Notes: generated by a model not told the origin, from the letters alone. DNA of 64,000 nt from Octopus sinensis (GCF_006345805.1 NC_043024.1:13454001-13518000), one strand, 5' to 3'; shown: positions 1 through 14,471, counted from the first letter of the stretch. A program made the numbers and translations.

Positions 1-697
1 ACACAAATACACACACACACACATTCAGATAACACACACTCACAAACACACATACTTATATACTTAGCACATATTACGAAGATACGATATACACATCTAG
101 GTAAATGAAAAAAGACTTGAAGCTAAATAGATTTCTTAATATCGAAATGCCATATTGTCTGGGCTTTATTTATCACAATCAACGTCTATTCCCCGTTCAA
201 GATCTGACAAAGTGTTGAAGTGTTTCTGTCATCCAATGAAATTGTTATCGTTTCATGATTTATATATTTCTAAAGATGGAGGAAGTAGAAAAATCGCTAG
301 ACAGGCTTCTGGGTGATATTTGTTCCTTCTCTCTCAAATTTGAGTTTAGAAAAGGGTTGCTCTCAGGGTCGTGTCCCCTACTTCTCTGCATCGACAGGTC
401 ACAGCCTCGGTAATACTGATATCCAATTAGAATGTTGCATGGAATAATCGTCAGTACGAATATGTCAAGACGAGGCAACAGGCAGAAGTCCATGGGGTAA
501 AACAAGGAGAAGTTGGTTGGGCGATATCCATAGTTTCGGATGGTGAACTTGAAAATCCAGCCGGAAAAATATGACTTTTGCTTCTAAAAGGCTTCCATAG
601 AAGAGTTGCTTGTAGGCTTTCCCCCTGATAGATTGAGGTCTAAGAAGATTGACTACCATGTAAGAGGGACGCCAGCTTCCTAACCACATACTCACGC

Positions 698-699
698 AT

Positions 700-758
<59 letters not shown>

Positions 759-779
759 ACAATATATATATATATATGT

Positions 780-810
<31 letters not shown>

Positions 811-812
811 GT

Positions 813-858
<46 letters not shown>

Positions 859-900
859 TGTATGTACGTATGTATGTATGCATGTATGTATATATGTATA
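698..900. repeat. Compound microsatellite (TACA)n/(TA)n/(TATG)n
   Basis: Direct reading of tandem di- and tetranucleotide units. Confidence 0.95.
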
Positions 901-2242
901 AAATATAATTAAGATTCAGTTGAATTCGGTACTTAAACTAAGGCACCTTGTTAGGTCTGAGTAACGTGCATACTCCAAAATATTAAGTAAATATCAGACT
1001 TGGTGCATAAGTGCCGGTCACATGATATTCTTGCCGCGTCTGCAGATAATAAGAACCAGCTGAGTGAAGGAATCCGCACTTGGGTCTTATATTTGTTGGA
1101 TATATAATTCTATTAACACAGGAAAAGAGCTAAATATTTTTTCCTGAGATAGTTTATTAGACGGTCCATGGAACGTCATTCCTTGAAAATAGTTTCAAAA
1201 CCGCTATCGTAGCTCGATGTATACTTATGCAATTTTGCAGAAATTATTCACCAAATAAAGTTTACTGAAAAAAAAAGATGCAGTTTCCCTGGACCGATCA
1301 AAACTTAACTAATTACATTTAAAGTAAATCAAAATTACATTTTACCTACATTCATACAGGTATATATGAATGTATATACATATAGAGATTCTCCATTATT
1401 ATGGATTACAGTGAATGTATTCTATATAAGTGTATAACATTGTGTACTATTAAGTTGTGCAACGAAATTGACATTCAGAAACTTTTTCTCACTTAGAGTA
1501 CAGAGAATTATATCCATATATTCAATGATCTTCTTTATCATTCTTATGAAAATATAGCCACATACACACACGCAGATATATATATATATATATATAATGG
1601 TGTAAAATTATATATATATAGGCACACGATCACACTCACATATAACACATATTTACATGTTTATGTATCACTATACGTATTGAAAAATAATGTGTAAATA
1701 TACATATATATATATAGGTGTACACATACATACACAGATATATATTATATAAAGGCGTATGTAATTTTTTTGTGTTTACATTAATAATCATAACATCCGA
1801 ATATTATGTGTTTGACAGAAATATTCAGGAGTAAAAAAAAAAAAGAAAAAAGGGAAACACAAAACAGGAATAAGTAGCAAGATTGTGAGAAAGCCAAAAT
1901 ATGGAGAATATAATTTATTTCGTGTTGCTGTACAATACAATAAATTTGGAACGAACTTCTTGGCATATTCCACAATAAAAGGATGCGTCTAGAAATGGAA
2001 TGAATGGCGATAATGTTTGTTTTGATCACCTTTTGCTTACTCTGTAATTACATAATTCAATAATGTTGTCACGAATAGACTTTCTCATAGAATTCGAAAA
2101 GAGGTGGCCGTTAGATTTGGATAAGACTACTTACTTTATATAATACGGAGGAAGAGGTTAGCTCTACGAGTGAATCGATAGTATCAGACGTTTCCAAATT
2201 TATTGCATCGCTTCTATGTCGTTGGCAAAACCAATATATTGC

Positions 2243-2250
2243 GCATATAT

Positions 2251-2299
<49 letters not shown>

Positions 2300-2457
2300 C
2301 CATATATACATATATATATAAGGATATATATTTATACATGCATATATATATATATTTATAAAACATATATGCATATAAATACATATATATATATATATAT
2401 ACATACATATATACACACATATCCATATATATGTATGTATACACACACGCGCACATG

Positions 2458-2492
<35 letters not shown>

Positions 2493-2660
2493 AAGTCGTA
2501 ATCATATTCAGGTGGAAACTATTGAATACGCCACTCAATACATTATGCAGTATATATATATATATATATATAATATATTATTATTATTATTATTATTACG
2601 TATGTATGTGTGTATGTATGTATGTATGTATGTATGTATGTATGCATGTGTTAGTCTGTG
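2243..2660. repeat. Compound microsatellite (TA)n/(TTA)n/(TATG)n
   Basis: Direct reading; accounts for the Y/I-rich ORFs in the track. Confidence 0.95.
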
Positions 2661-3002
2661 TGCATGTGTGTTCGTAATATCCTTAGTTTTCCAAACGTTT
2701 TGTCTAATATGGACTCTCAAGGGAGGCTTACAAGAAACTGAAACAAAACAACCAGTGTACATATACATATATGTTCTCACACAGGTATGTAAGGGCATGC
2801 GCTTGTGTGTATGTGTGTGTGTGTGTGTGTGTTTGCTTGGATGAAATACAATTAATATGAAATAAAGGTGAAGCAAGGGAACACCAAATATATAGTGCGT
2901 GTGTTTTTATCGGCTAAACTGGCCAGATGACCATCCCCAAATGCAACAATATCGGTTTCAATTGACAACACGAATTGACAACAAGAAACTTCCAAAACGA
3001 AT

Positions 3003-3046
<44 letters not shown>

Positions 3047-3615
3047 ATATATATAAACACACATACCGTTGCTATTCTTTGTATGACACCATTCCTTACA
3101 AGTACCATAAGCAAAGTACCATAAGCACTTTGCTGTACATAACGTCGATGCTAGCAACTCATGTGAAGATAATAGTGTCTTGCAACATTGCTTCCTAAAA
3201 CCCTAAGATCCAAAACCGTAAGATCTCCATAAGCCGTGCTGTCAAGAGCCTACCTTATATCATTTGATCGAATTCCGAGACATAGCACACGTATAACATA
3301 CGAAGATTTTAAAAGACGATTCAAATAATACATGCATTCGTTTATGTAGTGTGACAATAAAACCTCCATTGTCGGCCTTCTCTTCATCTGTAGAGTTCTG
3401 GTTACTTAAACTACAGGTGGCGTGGAGCTGAGCCAAAACGTTATTAAATGTTTCCAACTCTAAGTAAATATTTTAGTTTCTTTGGCTTTTTTTCAATCTC
3501 TATGTTCCTGCACACACAAACCCATAAACATTACTTCACTTCTTATAATATTCGTAATCACCTTACCCTTATGTTATGAGTGTGTTTATCGACTTGCATT
3601 TTGCTTTATGCTATA

Positions 3616-4009
3616 CTAGCAGTATTGCCCGGCGTTGCTCGGGTTTGTAAGGGAAATAACTATAGAAGCATTTTTAGTGAGTTATAGCCAAAAAATAGCA
3701 AAAATGCATTAAAAATGGAATAACAAATGATGGTAATTTTTTTTTAAATTGTTGACTCATCGTAGACATTTTTAGAGAGTTACTTCCCTTATATAATAGC
3801 GAAAAATGCATTAAAATGGAATAAAAAATGATTATTTTTAAAATCGTAGACTCATCATAGACGCGCACTAATACCCAGACGGGCTCGATATGAATCACAA
3901 CTATAAGATACCCGAATTTGGTTAAACTGCACCGCAAAATGTGGGAGTAGTTATGAATCTAAATCGAAGGGGACAGACACTCACACAACTACAGTTTTAT
4001 ATATATAGA
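3616..4009 (-). mobile_element. Non-autonomous Helitron, copy 1 (with internal tandem duplication)
   Basis: Minus strand starts TC (TCTATATATATAAAACTGTAGTTG) and ends with a GC-rich hairpin-like CCCGAGCAACGCCGGG, ~9 nt, then CTAG. Inserted between A and T with no TSD. A second copy lies at 56930-57232. Confidence 0.85.
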
Positions 4010-4019
4010 TATTAAGGGT

Positions 4020-6500
4020 TTCATAGTTATTTTATAATAACTTAGCATTTGAAGAAATCTCTGTCGTTCCATTGTAATTGTATTGCTTCTGTGTGATATT
4101 TCGGTATTACCATTATATTTGCAGGCATCATATTTCCTCGTTTTCCCACAATTAGTCTGCAGTTTAGAATATTATAACAAACTATAACTAAAACCAGATT
4201 ATTGTTATCCGTTATCTGTATATTTCTATTTGGCTCTGTTTTAAGACTTAATCTAATATGCATCTAATACTCTTTCTCATAGCTTTCACTTTCACTTCCA
4301 TTCCTGTGTTATGCCGCGCTGAAGCGAACTTCATTAATTGCGACGTATTTGCTTCTATCTACATCCTCATATTCTCTCAACGCTGTTTCTTGATTTACGA
4401 TGAAATTAATGTCTCTCTATTAATTTTCCACTCTTTCCTTTTCATTTAGCACATATTAACTCATATCAATTTCTCTACTTATTCGACCTAATCTCTCTAA
4501 CAGGATTTTTATTTGTTTATTATTATCAGCATTGTACAATTTCGCGTCAGCTTGATACAAGAATCCGATTTCTCTCCGTGTCGATACTAGAAACAGGGCG
4601 TTCCCTTGGTGTATTCCTCATCTAATATAAACAAGATTGATTTTTACTATTCTTTCTTTGGTTCGGAACCGGGTATTATTAGTGCTACTTTAATCATGGT
4701 TAATATTTCCCTTATCTACGTGTGATGGTGTACTACAAAGAACTTCTGATATTTAGCCCATGCTATATACAAACTTATTATACCTACAATCTATGCCCGC
4801 GTCATAAATTTGTTCATTAGTTCTGCTATTCTGAAAGTGAAAGTAACCCCCTTTCTTGTAATATATAACTACGGTTAGAGATTTGTGCAATGGTGGAGGT
4901 AGTTTATTCGTTTGTAAAAGATTAAGATGGTATTATATTTTTCTTCTAGTTAAGCATTCCTTTTTTTTTTGGCGATTCTTATTATTATAAGCATTCAGCG
5001 CGTTTTAGAATTAAATCACATTTTCTGTAACTGAATTTGTTTCCTGTACTGTATGGTGATACTACCTGTATTTTACGCATACACATTAAATAACAAAATC
5101 ATTGCCAGAATTAAGCTTGTATAACTTTATCCTTTTCGCAAATACTAGTCTGTCAAAAGCAATGTCCCTCGATGTATATCCTGCACGTAGTTTTTGTATG
5201 CAAATTCATAACCAGTTCCAGCTGGTCTCGAAAGGAAAGCGTTTGGTAATGTGATCTTACTCTGAGTATTCAGTCTTGTGTTTCTTAATTAATGGTGAAT
5301 AGTTTGTTATTCTCTATTCACTGTTGTCGTTCATTATGGATGCAGGTTATTTCTGAGGTCATAAAACGTGATTCTGTATTTTATATTCAATTTAGATCCT
5401 TTACGCGGCTCTTGGCTCAATTCTCTCTTCCTTCCCTCTTAATGGTTTTCCAATTCCTCTTTTGTATTTATCAGTCTTCTCGACGGCGATACCAAATATC
5501 GTTTCGTTTCTTTTAGAAATATTGTAATTAATCTTTTATTTCGAGTTTAATGGATGATTCTATCCAATCCCAGAAACACAAAGATGTTTCATATCAATCT
5601 TCCTATAGCACACGACCTACTTCTCCTCTGTGCTACAGGACAAATATTCCATTATTATATTTGTCTTGGTTTTCGTGTTAGCATTCCGTTAATATTTTCT
5701 AAGTGCTGTCATTATAATTATTTTCCCACATTTTCTTATATAGATCTGTTAACTCACTTCATTTCAAGCCCTCAATAATAACGTACATTCACCTTTATGC
5801 TGGAACAATTAAGACACAAATACCTATTAACATATTTTGATTCATTAGCAGCCATCAATTTAATACAATAAAAATGTAATTTCTTAAACCTCTCCTCTCA
5901 TTCATTGTAAGATTTACAGTGTGTTTGTCTTCCACTCAGGCGTCTGGCTTTGAAAAATTTTCCCTGTTCTTCTTTATTTATATCCACTTGTACTCATTCA
6001 TTCATGCTTCTTAAATAATTGTTGCGATTATGTCGACTTTTTGTTTATATTTCTTCTGACGCAATTTCCTCTATTCACAAGTCAAGTGCTCCTAAATAGT
6101 TCGCATGTTCACCAGATATTCTTTATGATAAACAATCAGTTGATTCATCTTGAGCCATTGTGGAACGTTATCAGTAATAAAGCAATTACATAATTTACAA
6201 CCGTATTACGAATGGTTCCCTATTTCTTTTTTTTTAACTGTCAAGTACGGCTTTCATTTCGTATTCTCTGCAATATACAAGGCACTCTCTGCAATATTGT
6301 GCAGTTCGAAGTAGTTCTACTAAACACAGATTGAATTTTCAGTAACTTGCAATTCCTTTGTCTGTATTCCCAATGTGCAATGCCACGTATGGTTAACGTC
6401 CGCGGGGTGACAGTACACGGCCCAGAAACATCAATGTTCGTATGTTGAATTTTCTGTGCCTAAAGTTCTATTATCCGTACGGTGGATACGCAACGTTAGT
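4020..6500 (-). mobile_element. Heavily decayed RTE-like LINE (endonuclease + RT relic)
   Basis: Manual minus-strand translation gives motif remnants in the expected order, with many stops and frameshifts: NIDVSG (EN N-terminus-like, ~6440), LRAGYTSRD (~5180), GIHQG (~4610), QIKILLERLGRISREIDM (~4500). Confidence 0.5.
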
Positions 6501-6635
6501 CACTCTACAGCATTTACGTTGAATCTCAAGTACTTAATAATTCTTACCGAATTAGAAATATGGTCTGTAATTTGTTAGCCGATATAAACCGTTATTTAGG
6601 AATATTGGTTTTCCTTTCAATAAGTCTTGTATTGC

Positions 6636-6680
<45 letters not shown>

Positions 6681-6719
6681 GTTAATAGACTGCATAACCG
6701 CAGTATTCAGAATCGTAGC

Positions 6720-7125
6720 ACCGCCAACTAATACTAAATGCTCTCGCCAGGGGTGTCTGCAGACAATTACGATCGAGAAGATGAATTACAATGATCTTTT
6801 TGTGAGCACAGTTTGTGACAGAAAAATTCCATTCTTTCGCTAGGATCAAATCTCATTTGTGAACCCATGAAAAACGAACCTCCAGCAACTATTCAGCCTC
6901 TATGCCTATGTACGCCTTTGAATGCAACATATGCCAGAATGGCTGCAAATATAATGAGGCATTAAATGACATTTAAGATCCACAAGCATCATAACTTAGA
7001 TACAGCTCATGGTGGTCCGAATCAGATGTGCAATCTATGTGGATGTCTTTAACGACCATTGTCTCGTCTAAGAAGCCACATCAGATGCCATGATGGTTCT
7101 AAGGTGATAGGTACGGGAGGTGGTC
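6720..7125 (+). mobile_element. Decayed LINE 3' end (RTE-like) with two C2H2-type zinc-finger relics
   Basis: FECNICQNGCK... at ~6916 and CNLCGCL*RPLSRLRSHIRCH at ~7028-7093, which has exact CX2CX12HX3H spacing with an in-frame stop. The linker is not TGEKP. Confidence 0.4.
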
Positions 7126-7182
7126 AAACTCTGCATAAGGAATAAACAATGTATGTGATATATATATATATATATATATATA

Positions 7183-7224
<42 letters not shown>

Positions 7225-7433
7225 AATATATATATATACGCACCATACATATATATATAACTTATTTGGGAAAGGCTGCATGGCGTTCGATCATATAATG
7301 ATATAAATAATATATAAATATATGCATATATACATACATATATGTATATACCTACATCTATATGTATATATACATGCATATATGGGTACAGGACACAAAG
7401 GAATATGTTGAACACAATGAGAAACGAAAACAT

Positions 7434-7836
7434 ACTCTTTTACTTGTTTCAGTCATTTGACCATGACCATGCTGGAGCACCACCCTTAGTCGAGCAAATC
7501 GATCCCAGGATTTATTCTTTGGAAACCTAGTATTTATTCTATCGGTCCCTCTTACCGAACCGGTAAGTTACGGGGGCGTAAACACACCAGCATCGGTTGT
7601 CAAGCGATGTTGGGAGGACAAACACAGACATACAAACCAATACACACACATACATATATATATACATATATACGACGGGATTCTTTCAGTTTCCGTCTAC
7701 GAAATCCACTCACAAGGCTTTGGTCAGGCCTAGGCTATATTAGAAGATACTTGCCCAAGGTACCACGCAATGGGATTAAACCCAGAACTATGTGGTCGGT
7801 AGGCAATCTACTTACCACACAGACACTCCTACGCCT
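7434..7836 (-). mobile_element. tRNA-derived SINE family A, full length, diverged
   Basis: Reverse complement has the tRNA-like head, central ccttgggcaagt..gtgagtggattt..gacggaaactgaaag, an internal microsatellite and the 3' gctccagcatgg..tgactgaaacaagtaaaagag tail. Homologous to 17791 and 26530. Confidence 0.9.
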
Positions 7837-7875
7837 TCGGATAAATTAGGTACTTAAGTAACAAATGTACAGCCA

Positions 7876-7912
<37 letters not shown>

Positions 7913-8839
7913 CGTGGCTGTATGCATGCCTACACATACCCACAACATATTTGTGTTTAGGCCCTATCTGTGTATATATATATGATCACTTGCATATGCG
8001 GTCAACGTGTTCCTGTTTCTCTCTGTGAGTGAGTGCATGAGTTATTCAGTGTGCGTATTCACTTGAATGTGTGTTGGTGCATGTATGCGTATGTGCAGGC
8101 GCCTGTTGGCGCACTCGCGTGTGTATTTCATTGTGGTCTCAGTGTATGATTGTAATGTTGATCACCGTATTGAAAATCCTTTCGTGATGTGGACTTCGAT
8201 CATTTAATTTAAATTAATTATCAGCGCGTGTTTCACTGTTGTCTTGGTGAAGGACTATAGAGCATGCGGAATAGGGAGAAATGCGAAAGAAAAATGAAAA
8301 TAAAAAAAAGATAAAAAAGAATGAAATGAGGGAAAACGATAGAAAGAATGGGAAAAATTGATGAGGAAGGATTTAGGATGCAGAATTTCGCGAATTCACA
8401 CTCAACGAAAATAACGACAAGAAATAGCGGAATTTGTGAATTTGTTTCGACTGATTGCATCTAAAGAATGCCAGGCATATTTATGTTCAGTGGATCGTAA
8501 AACATTTCCTGCTGTGATAACCACTGAACCTCAGCCCCCCAAACTCACGCTATAAATCTAACCATGCACCCGTATTAGATATACAAACATTTATTGGGTG
8601 TGGTGAATGGAGAAATATAATAACATTTTTTCAATACGCGGCAGCAATTTATTTCGTTCTTGCAACAAAACAAAGATGTCCGCTATTATTTCCTTTTACT
8701 ATTTCGGTTATTCTTATATGAATTAAGATATAATAAATATAATCCAATTATATTTTATTATATGCTTCTCTCTGTCGATAAATTTATCTTATTCATTCTT
8801 TTCTCTCACTAACTTTCTCTTTCCTTCAAGAGTTTATAT

Positions 8840-8990
8840 CTATCAATCCATCTATCTATCTATCAATCTCTCTCTCTATCCTTCTCTCTCTCTCTATCTC
8901 TCTCTCTCTCTCCTATCTATCTTCTAGCTATCTATCTATCTATCTATCTGATCTATCTATCTTCTATCTATCTATCTATCTATCTATCTA

Positions 8991-9037
<47 letters not shown>

Positions 9038-9090
9038 ATATCTATCTATCTATCTATCTATCTGTCTGTCTCTCTGTCTGCCTCTCTCAT
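8840..9090. repeat. (TCTA)n/(CT)n microsatellite
   Basis: Direct reading. Confidence 0.95.
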
Positions 9091-9559
9091 GGTGAATTCG
9101 TTGCATACATATTTAAACATATTCGTATATACATTTGCATTCTGTTTTTGGGCTAACTCCACTGAAACCGCCAATATTCGCTAAACATCGTTGAGGAAAG
9201 ATGCTTCGTCTTTTAGATCGACAGAAACAACTGCCACGTGTACGAATGGAATCTGTCTGTCTATCTATTTATCCATCTATTTAGCTCTCTATCTATGTAT
9301 CGATCCATCCACCTATAATACTTCCCATCTACCCATCCATCCATCCACCTATCTATTTATCTATCTATCTACCTTTCACTCTCACACTTTTCTTTAGAAA
9401 TAGCAACACGATTAGCAAGTTTTATATCAATCCGCCTGCTGAGAACTCTTTGAACATGGCACTTTTTATGTCAGAAGTACATAATACATCACCGCTTTTC
9501 AGTATAGATGTAGTGAGCAGCCTTCAGGTGTACATGTTCAACTACACTCTTATAAACAC

Positions 9560-10610
9560 TGCTGGATATCAATGGCTCTCCTGCATCGTTTATTAGTTTC
9601 CAGCCGATAGCTACATCGAAGAAATGGAACGATTCTTCCAGCAACTGATTGCTGTGACCGATTCAATTCAGAGACAGAATCAACGTCATTTTTAAAAATC
9701 ATCTCATTTTATTGCAGGTCTTCCGAGTGATCTCTTCCGCTCGTTGGGTACCACTCGGCAACTGTACGGGTCCACCGATGGTCTGTGAAACTTGTGACAT
9801 GACCGGCCCATCGTAGCTTTGCGTGACAATATTCTGCAACGACGTTCCTCATTCAGTTGTGTCCCTGATTTCCCCGTTCTGGATGATATCCCTTAAGAAA
9901 ATACTCAGCATTGACCTTTCAATAGCTCTCTGCGCCATGAGCAGATGCTGTTCTTCTCTCTTTGTCAGGTCCGAAATCTCACATTCACATTGCATTGCAG
10001 GGAAGACTGTGCTCTTAAAGAGATTTATACGTAAGTTGCCTTGTCTAGGTTCATCTTAGGCACATCCTTCTCCGAACAGACCGCTCTCTATTCTGCTCTT
10101 ACCCATCGCGAGATCTCACTCACCATCTGTCGCCTCATAGTAACTTCTTGACCGAGATACACGTAGCTGCTCACTTCTTTTATTTCATCGCCTCCAACCA
10201 ATCGCTAAACCCTCAGATCGCATATACTCGAGTTTCGTACGGGTGATCTTCAGACCAACCGCCATATCCCTGAAATCCACTTCATCCAGTTGGTCTATAG
10301 CTGATCGGTGCTCTCCGCTATCAGCGCTATGTCATCAGCAAATCTTCGACTGATTAGCAACTCTCTATTTATCTCTATGCCTCCGTTCCAGTTCACGTCA
10401 CGTATGACAATGCCGAGACACGCCCTGAAGAGCTTAGGAGAGATGGTGTCTCCTTATTGATACCCTTCACCACCGGAACATTCACTGGTGCAGATAACGG
10501 GACCACATTCCTTATGTACCCGGTATTTGCCTCGCTAAGGAAGGTGACGTACTGCGTTGTCACACTTTGTTTCCCGAGATCTTGCAGATATGCACCAGAT
10601 AAGCGCAAGC
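9560..10610 (-). mobile_element. RTE-clade LINE, 5'-truncated RT/C-terminal relic (pseudogenised)
   Basis: Minus-strand translation gives GDTISPKLF (~10424-10453), RFADDIALIA (FADD at 10331-10342), GGDEIKEVSSYVYLGQEV and KRSLGRP, with frameshifts and stops. Confidence 0.88.
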
Positions 10611-11411
10611 AGAATGTAACAGGAAATATTGCACGAAAAAAACATCGTCTAATCAAACACACTCTTTTGCTCTACATATCATACACGAAGATCTCTCAGG
10701 TTACTGACAAACTACTCTATAGAGGAAACTTTTGAAATAACATATGTTCTCTTCATTCCTCAAACACGCACAGCAACGCTCTTTTTCATCCAGAAATAAA
10801 TATCTATATATATGTATATGAGCTATTTCGTCAGTACTTTTCGTTCTATGAATAGGAGCATTTTTGCACAAAATGTTAATTGTTTAAATGTCAGAGTTTA
10901 GAAGTTGTAATATTTATATATAATTGATTTTTAACAGTATAGCAATGCAGCTAGCAATAAACTAAATTTAAATAAATCATAGAATTTCAGTCAAAATTAT
11001 GTATTATTGATCTTTGAAATTCTATAACATTATTCCTCGTATTGATAATCATTTCAAAACTTCTTCCAACTTATAATCCTTCATTACAACAACAAGAATT
11101 CACAGTTCCTTTCTCGTATCACTGACGAAAACAAGTCAACAGAAGATCACGTCCCCAATAATAATGATCACCAATTACCTCCCATTAGATTATTCTTCTT
11201 GTTGAATCATTCGTTTCTAAATTCGTCCACACACAACATGGACAAAACATTCTTAAAAAGATACAAGATTACAATAATTTTAATGTCATGACTAGCAAAA
11301 GCGAAACTCGTTGACTAGCACAATACTCTTTCACTTATAAAATATATTGAAAAATATATTTAAAAAATATATAAATTATGTACTTTTTGATTCTTTTACT
11401 TTCTATGTATG

Positions 11412-11444
<33 letters not shown>

Positions 11445-11567
11445 ATATCGTGTCTCGAGATGTGCTGAAGATTTTCTATTTTGGATATATTTGGGGTACT
11501 TAGGTCTGATCAGGACTTAGTGCTTGCTTTTTCCATGGGTGTGATTAAGTATAGCATTTATGTCTTA

Positions 11568-11638
11568 CGTATTTATCGCTGAAGAGGAGAACATTCTTAT
11601 GAATTAACTCTGAAATTGGTACCAATACGGTAATTACG
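11568..11638 (+). ncRNA. Type I hammerhead ribozyme motif (probably Penelope-like-element derived)
   Basis: Core CTGAAGA (11579-85) and GAAA (11612-15). Stem II GGAG/CTCT plus ATTC-ttat-GAAT. Stem III is the palindrome ATTGGTACCAAT. Cleavage triplet AUA (site after 11627). Stem I cgtatttatcg/cggtaattacg pairs at 10 of 11 positions. Confidence 0.75.
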
Positions 11639-11776
11639 GCATTTTAAAGAAATTTCTATCGGTTTGTTTCTAGACGCATGTTAATTGTGATAAATTATAG
11701 TGGTTATTTATAATTTGTCTATTTTCGCCATATTTGGCATGAGGAATTTTTTTTTCTTTTGGCCTTATTTTATTAG

Positions 11777-11832
<56 letters not shown>

Positions 11833-12072
11833 TGTGTGTGTGCGGGCAATAAGTGAGCGTTAGATAAGCTGAGTATTTCATTATAGAAAGGTATTAGTAC
11901 TTGTGAAATGATTTGAACTTACAATGCAACATTTTTACCGAGGATTAATTCCTCGTGGCAAAGAGTGGCTATATGAGGAAAGCAGAAGATCTCATACGGA
12001 GACAGTGATGCAGATAAATCCAATTATGTATCCCTATGTAATTATATATCTATGTGTTTCTACATATGGATG

Positions 12073-12126
<54 letters not shown>

Positions 12127-12544
12127 GTATGTATATAAGCCAATATCAAGCCTACTCGTGTTTATCTAATATATGCGCGTGCGGTTCTTTGTGTGTGTGT
12201 GAACGAACAACTATCTGTGTATATGTGTGGCTACACTGTGTCGTATGATACGTTTATCACATAAACGTTCATCTTCGTTGCTTATATTAGTCTTTACAAT
12301 ACCATTTAATTCTGTCCTTAATCTCGGCCATTATTCAAAGTTATCCCCATACACATGTACTCACACACACTTACACCTCATCTAGAGACAAGCATTTTCC
12401 CTCAACACCATCCACAGATGTATACAAATTGCCATTATTGTCATCATTAGAATTATAATTATTTTCAACACTTCGGTGTTATTATTATTACGTTGTAGTT
12501 GGTCTTGGTGTCCTAGTTATTTTGTTATTTTGATCAACATACTT

Positions 12545-12556
12545 ATTATTATTATC

Positions 12557-12588
<32 letters not shown>

Positions 12589-12634
12589 TATGATTATTAT
12601 TATTATGATTAATATTATTATTATAATTATTATG

Positions 12635-12681
<47 letters not shown>

Positions 12682-12685
12682 CATA
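12545..12685. repeat. (ATT)n microsatellite
   Basis: Direct reading; gives the poly-Ile ORFs. Confidence 0.95.
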
Positions 12686-13108
12686 AAGACAACTATTGTA
12701 TTTCTTGGCATTAAATTGTTTCTTCGTTTAGAAATTCGATCACAAAAAAGTAAAAAAGGAAACAACAAAAAAAAATGAACAGAAAATTTTTCAACAAAAG
12801 AATCTGCAGATATGATATTGCTCCAGAAGAGAGATAGACAGAGACAGAGAGGGAGAGAGAGGCCAAGAAATGGAATGAAATATATAAATAATATATATAT
12901 ATATATATATATGTGTGTATGTATATATATATATACATGATATACATATATATACACCATATATATATAAATGCACATGTATATATAAGTATAATGTATA
13001 TATATATGAATGTATTTATATTCATATATGTATATATATATATATTTTTTCTATATATATTTATACACCACACACAGACGCACACACACATGTATATATA
13101 CAATATAT

Positions 13109-13152
<44 letters not shown>

Positions 13153-13738
13153 ATTATGCTATATATACGAAGAGGTATAGAGTGTGGAAGGGAAAAGACA
13201 TTTTATACACAATGAAAGATAATCTGATATTCCAGACATTGAGTTTTCAAGAAAAATCACTTTGAAATACAATTATATTTATACAAATGAAGCATTCGCT
13301 TTGACATGATTTCATTAGGATTATGTTAATTTAATTTTCAATTCATTCCAGTCCTTTCTGTAATTAGCAATTAGGATACCAACATTATTCAACTTTTCTT
13401 CTACAACTTACATGTCTTCAGCATTACGTTTCATAAAACACACGGACACACAGACACAGAGACACACATACACTCGCACATGTACGTACGTATATGTCTG
13501 TATGCATGTGCGTACGTGTCCATGACTGTGTTTCAGTGAGAATGTGTCGCAGCGTGTATAAGATATATTTTATGAATATTTTATACTCTGAGATTTACAT
13601 TTCATATTTAGAAATTAAATTTATATATTATTTTTCTATTTCTCTCTGTCATGGTATTACTATCGCTTTTATGAAATTCAGCAGTGTATATATACAATAC
13701 CTACATTCATATATATATATATATATATATTATATAAC

Positions 13739-13777
<39 letters not shown>

Positions 13778-14214
13778 TTTATTATATAAGTATATACGTA
13801 TGTATGTATGTATATATATATATCTATATATATTATATTATAATATAAATATATATATATATATACACATATATACATATATATTTGTGCAGTGCCTGTA
13901 TGCGTTTAATTTCATTTCTGTATAATTTTCAGCATTCTTCAGTATTTTGCAGCTATTGGTGGCAATTTCTAAAGACTTATTCCCTCCAATGTGAAGAATA
14001 TTTTTATCTTCTCTTTTCCCTTTTGTCTTTAGAATACGCTTCTTTTATCCTAATTATATCTTTCTTCTAGTTATTTCTTTAATAAAATTTGAAGAATTAA
14101 TAAGAATAAAAACAAAACGTGAGCACCACCAACTACAATGGCACTAACAAAAAAATTGCTAAACTGCTAACACTCCTACTGATAGCAACAAATCTGACAC
14201 TACTACTACTACTA

Positions 14215-14310
14215 GTATTAATGATGATGATGATGGTCGTGGTGGTGATGATAATGATGATGATGATGATGATGATGATAATGATGGGGACGATGATGAT
14301 GATCATAATA

Positions 14311-14352
<42 letters not shown>

Positions 14353-14367
14353 TGAGAAAATAATGAG

Positions 14368-14399
<32 letters not shown>

Positions 14400-14440
14400 T
14401 AATAATAATAATAATGGATAACAATAATAATAATAATAAT

Positions 14441-14471
<31 letters not shown>

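Noticed and set aside
61-700. Minus-strand ORFs (..LLVLPHGLLPV.., ..YRGCDLSMQRSRGH..) as a gene or an L1/Tx1 C-terminus
   Set aside because: Only a vague resemblance to LINE zf-RVT regions; it cannot be supported without a search.
12245-12272. Hairpin atgatacgtttat-cac-ataaacgttcat as a ribozyme stem
   Set aside because: No CUGANGA or GAAA core in the right positions.
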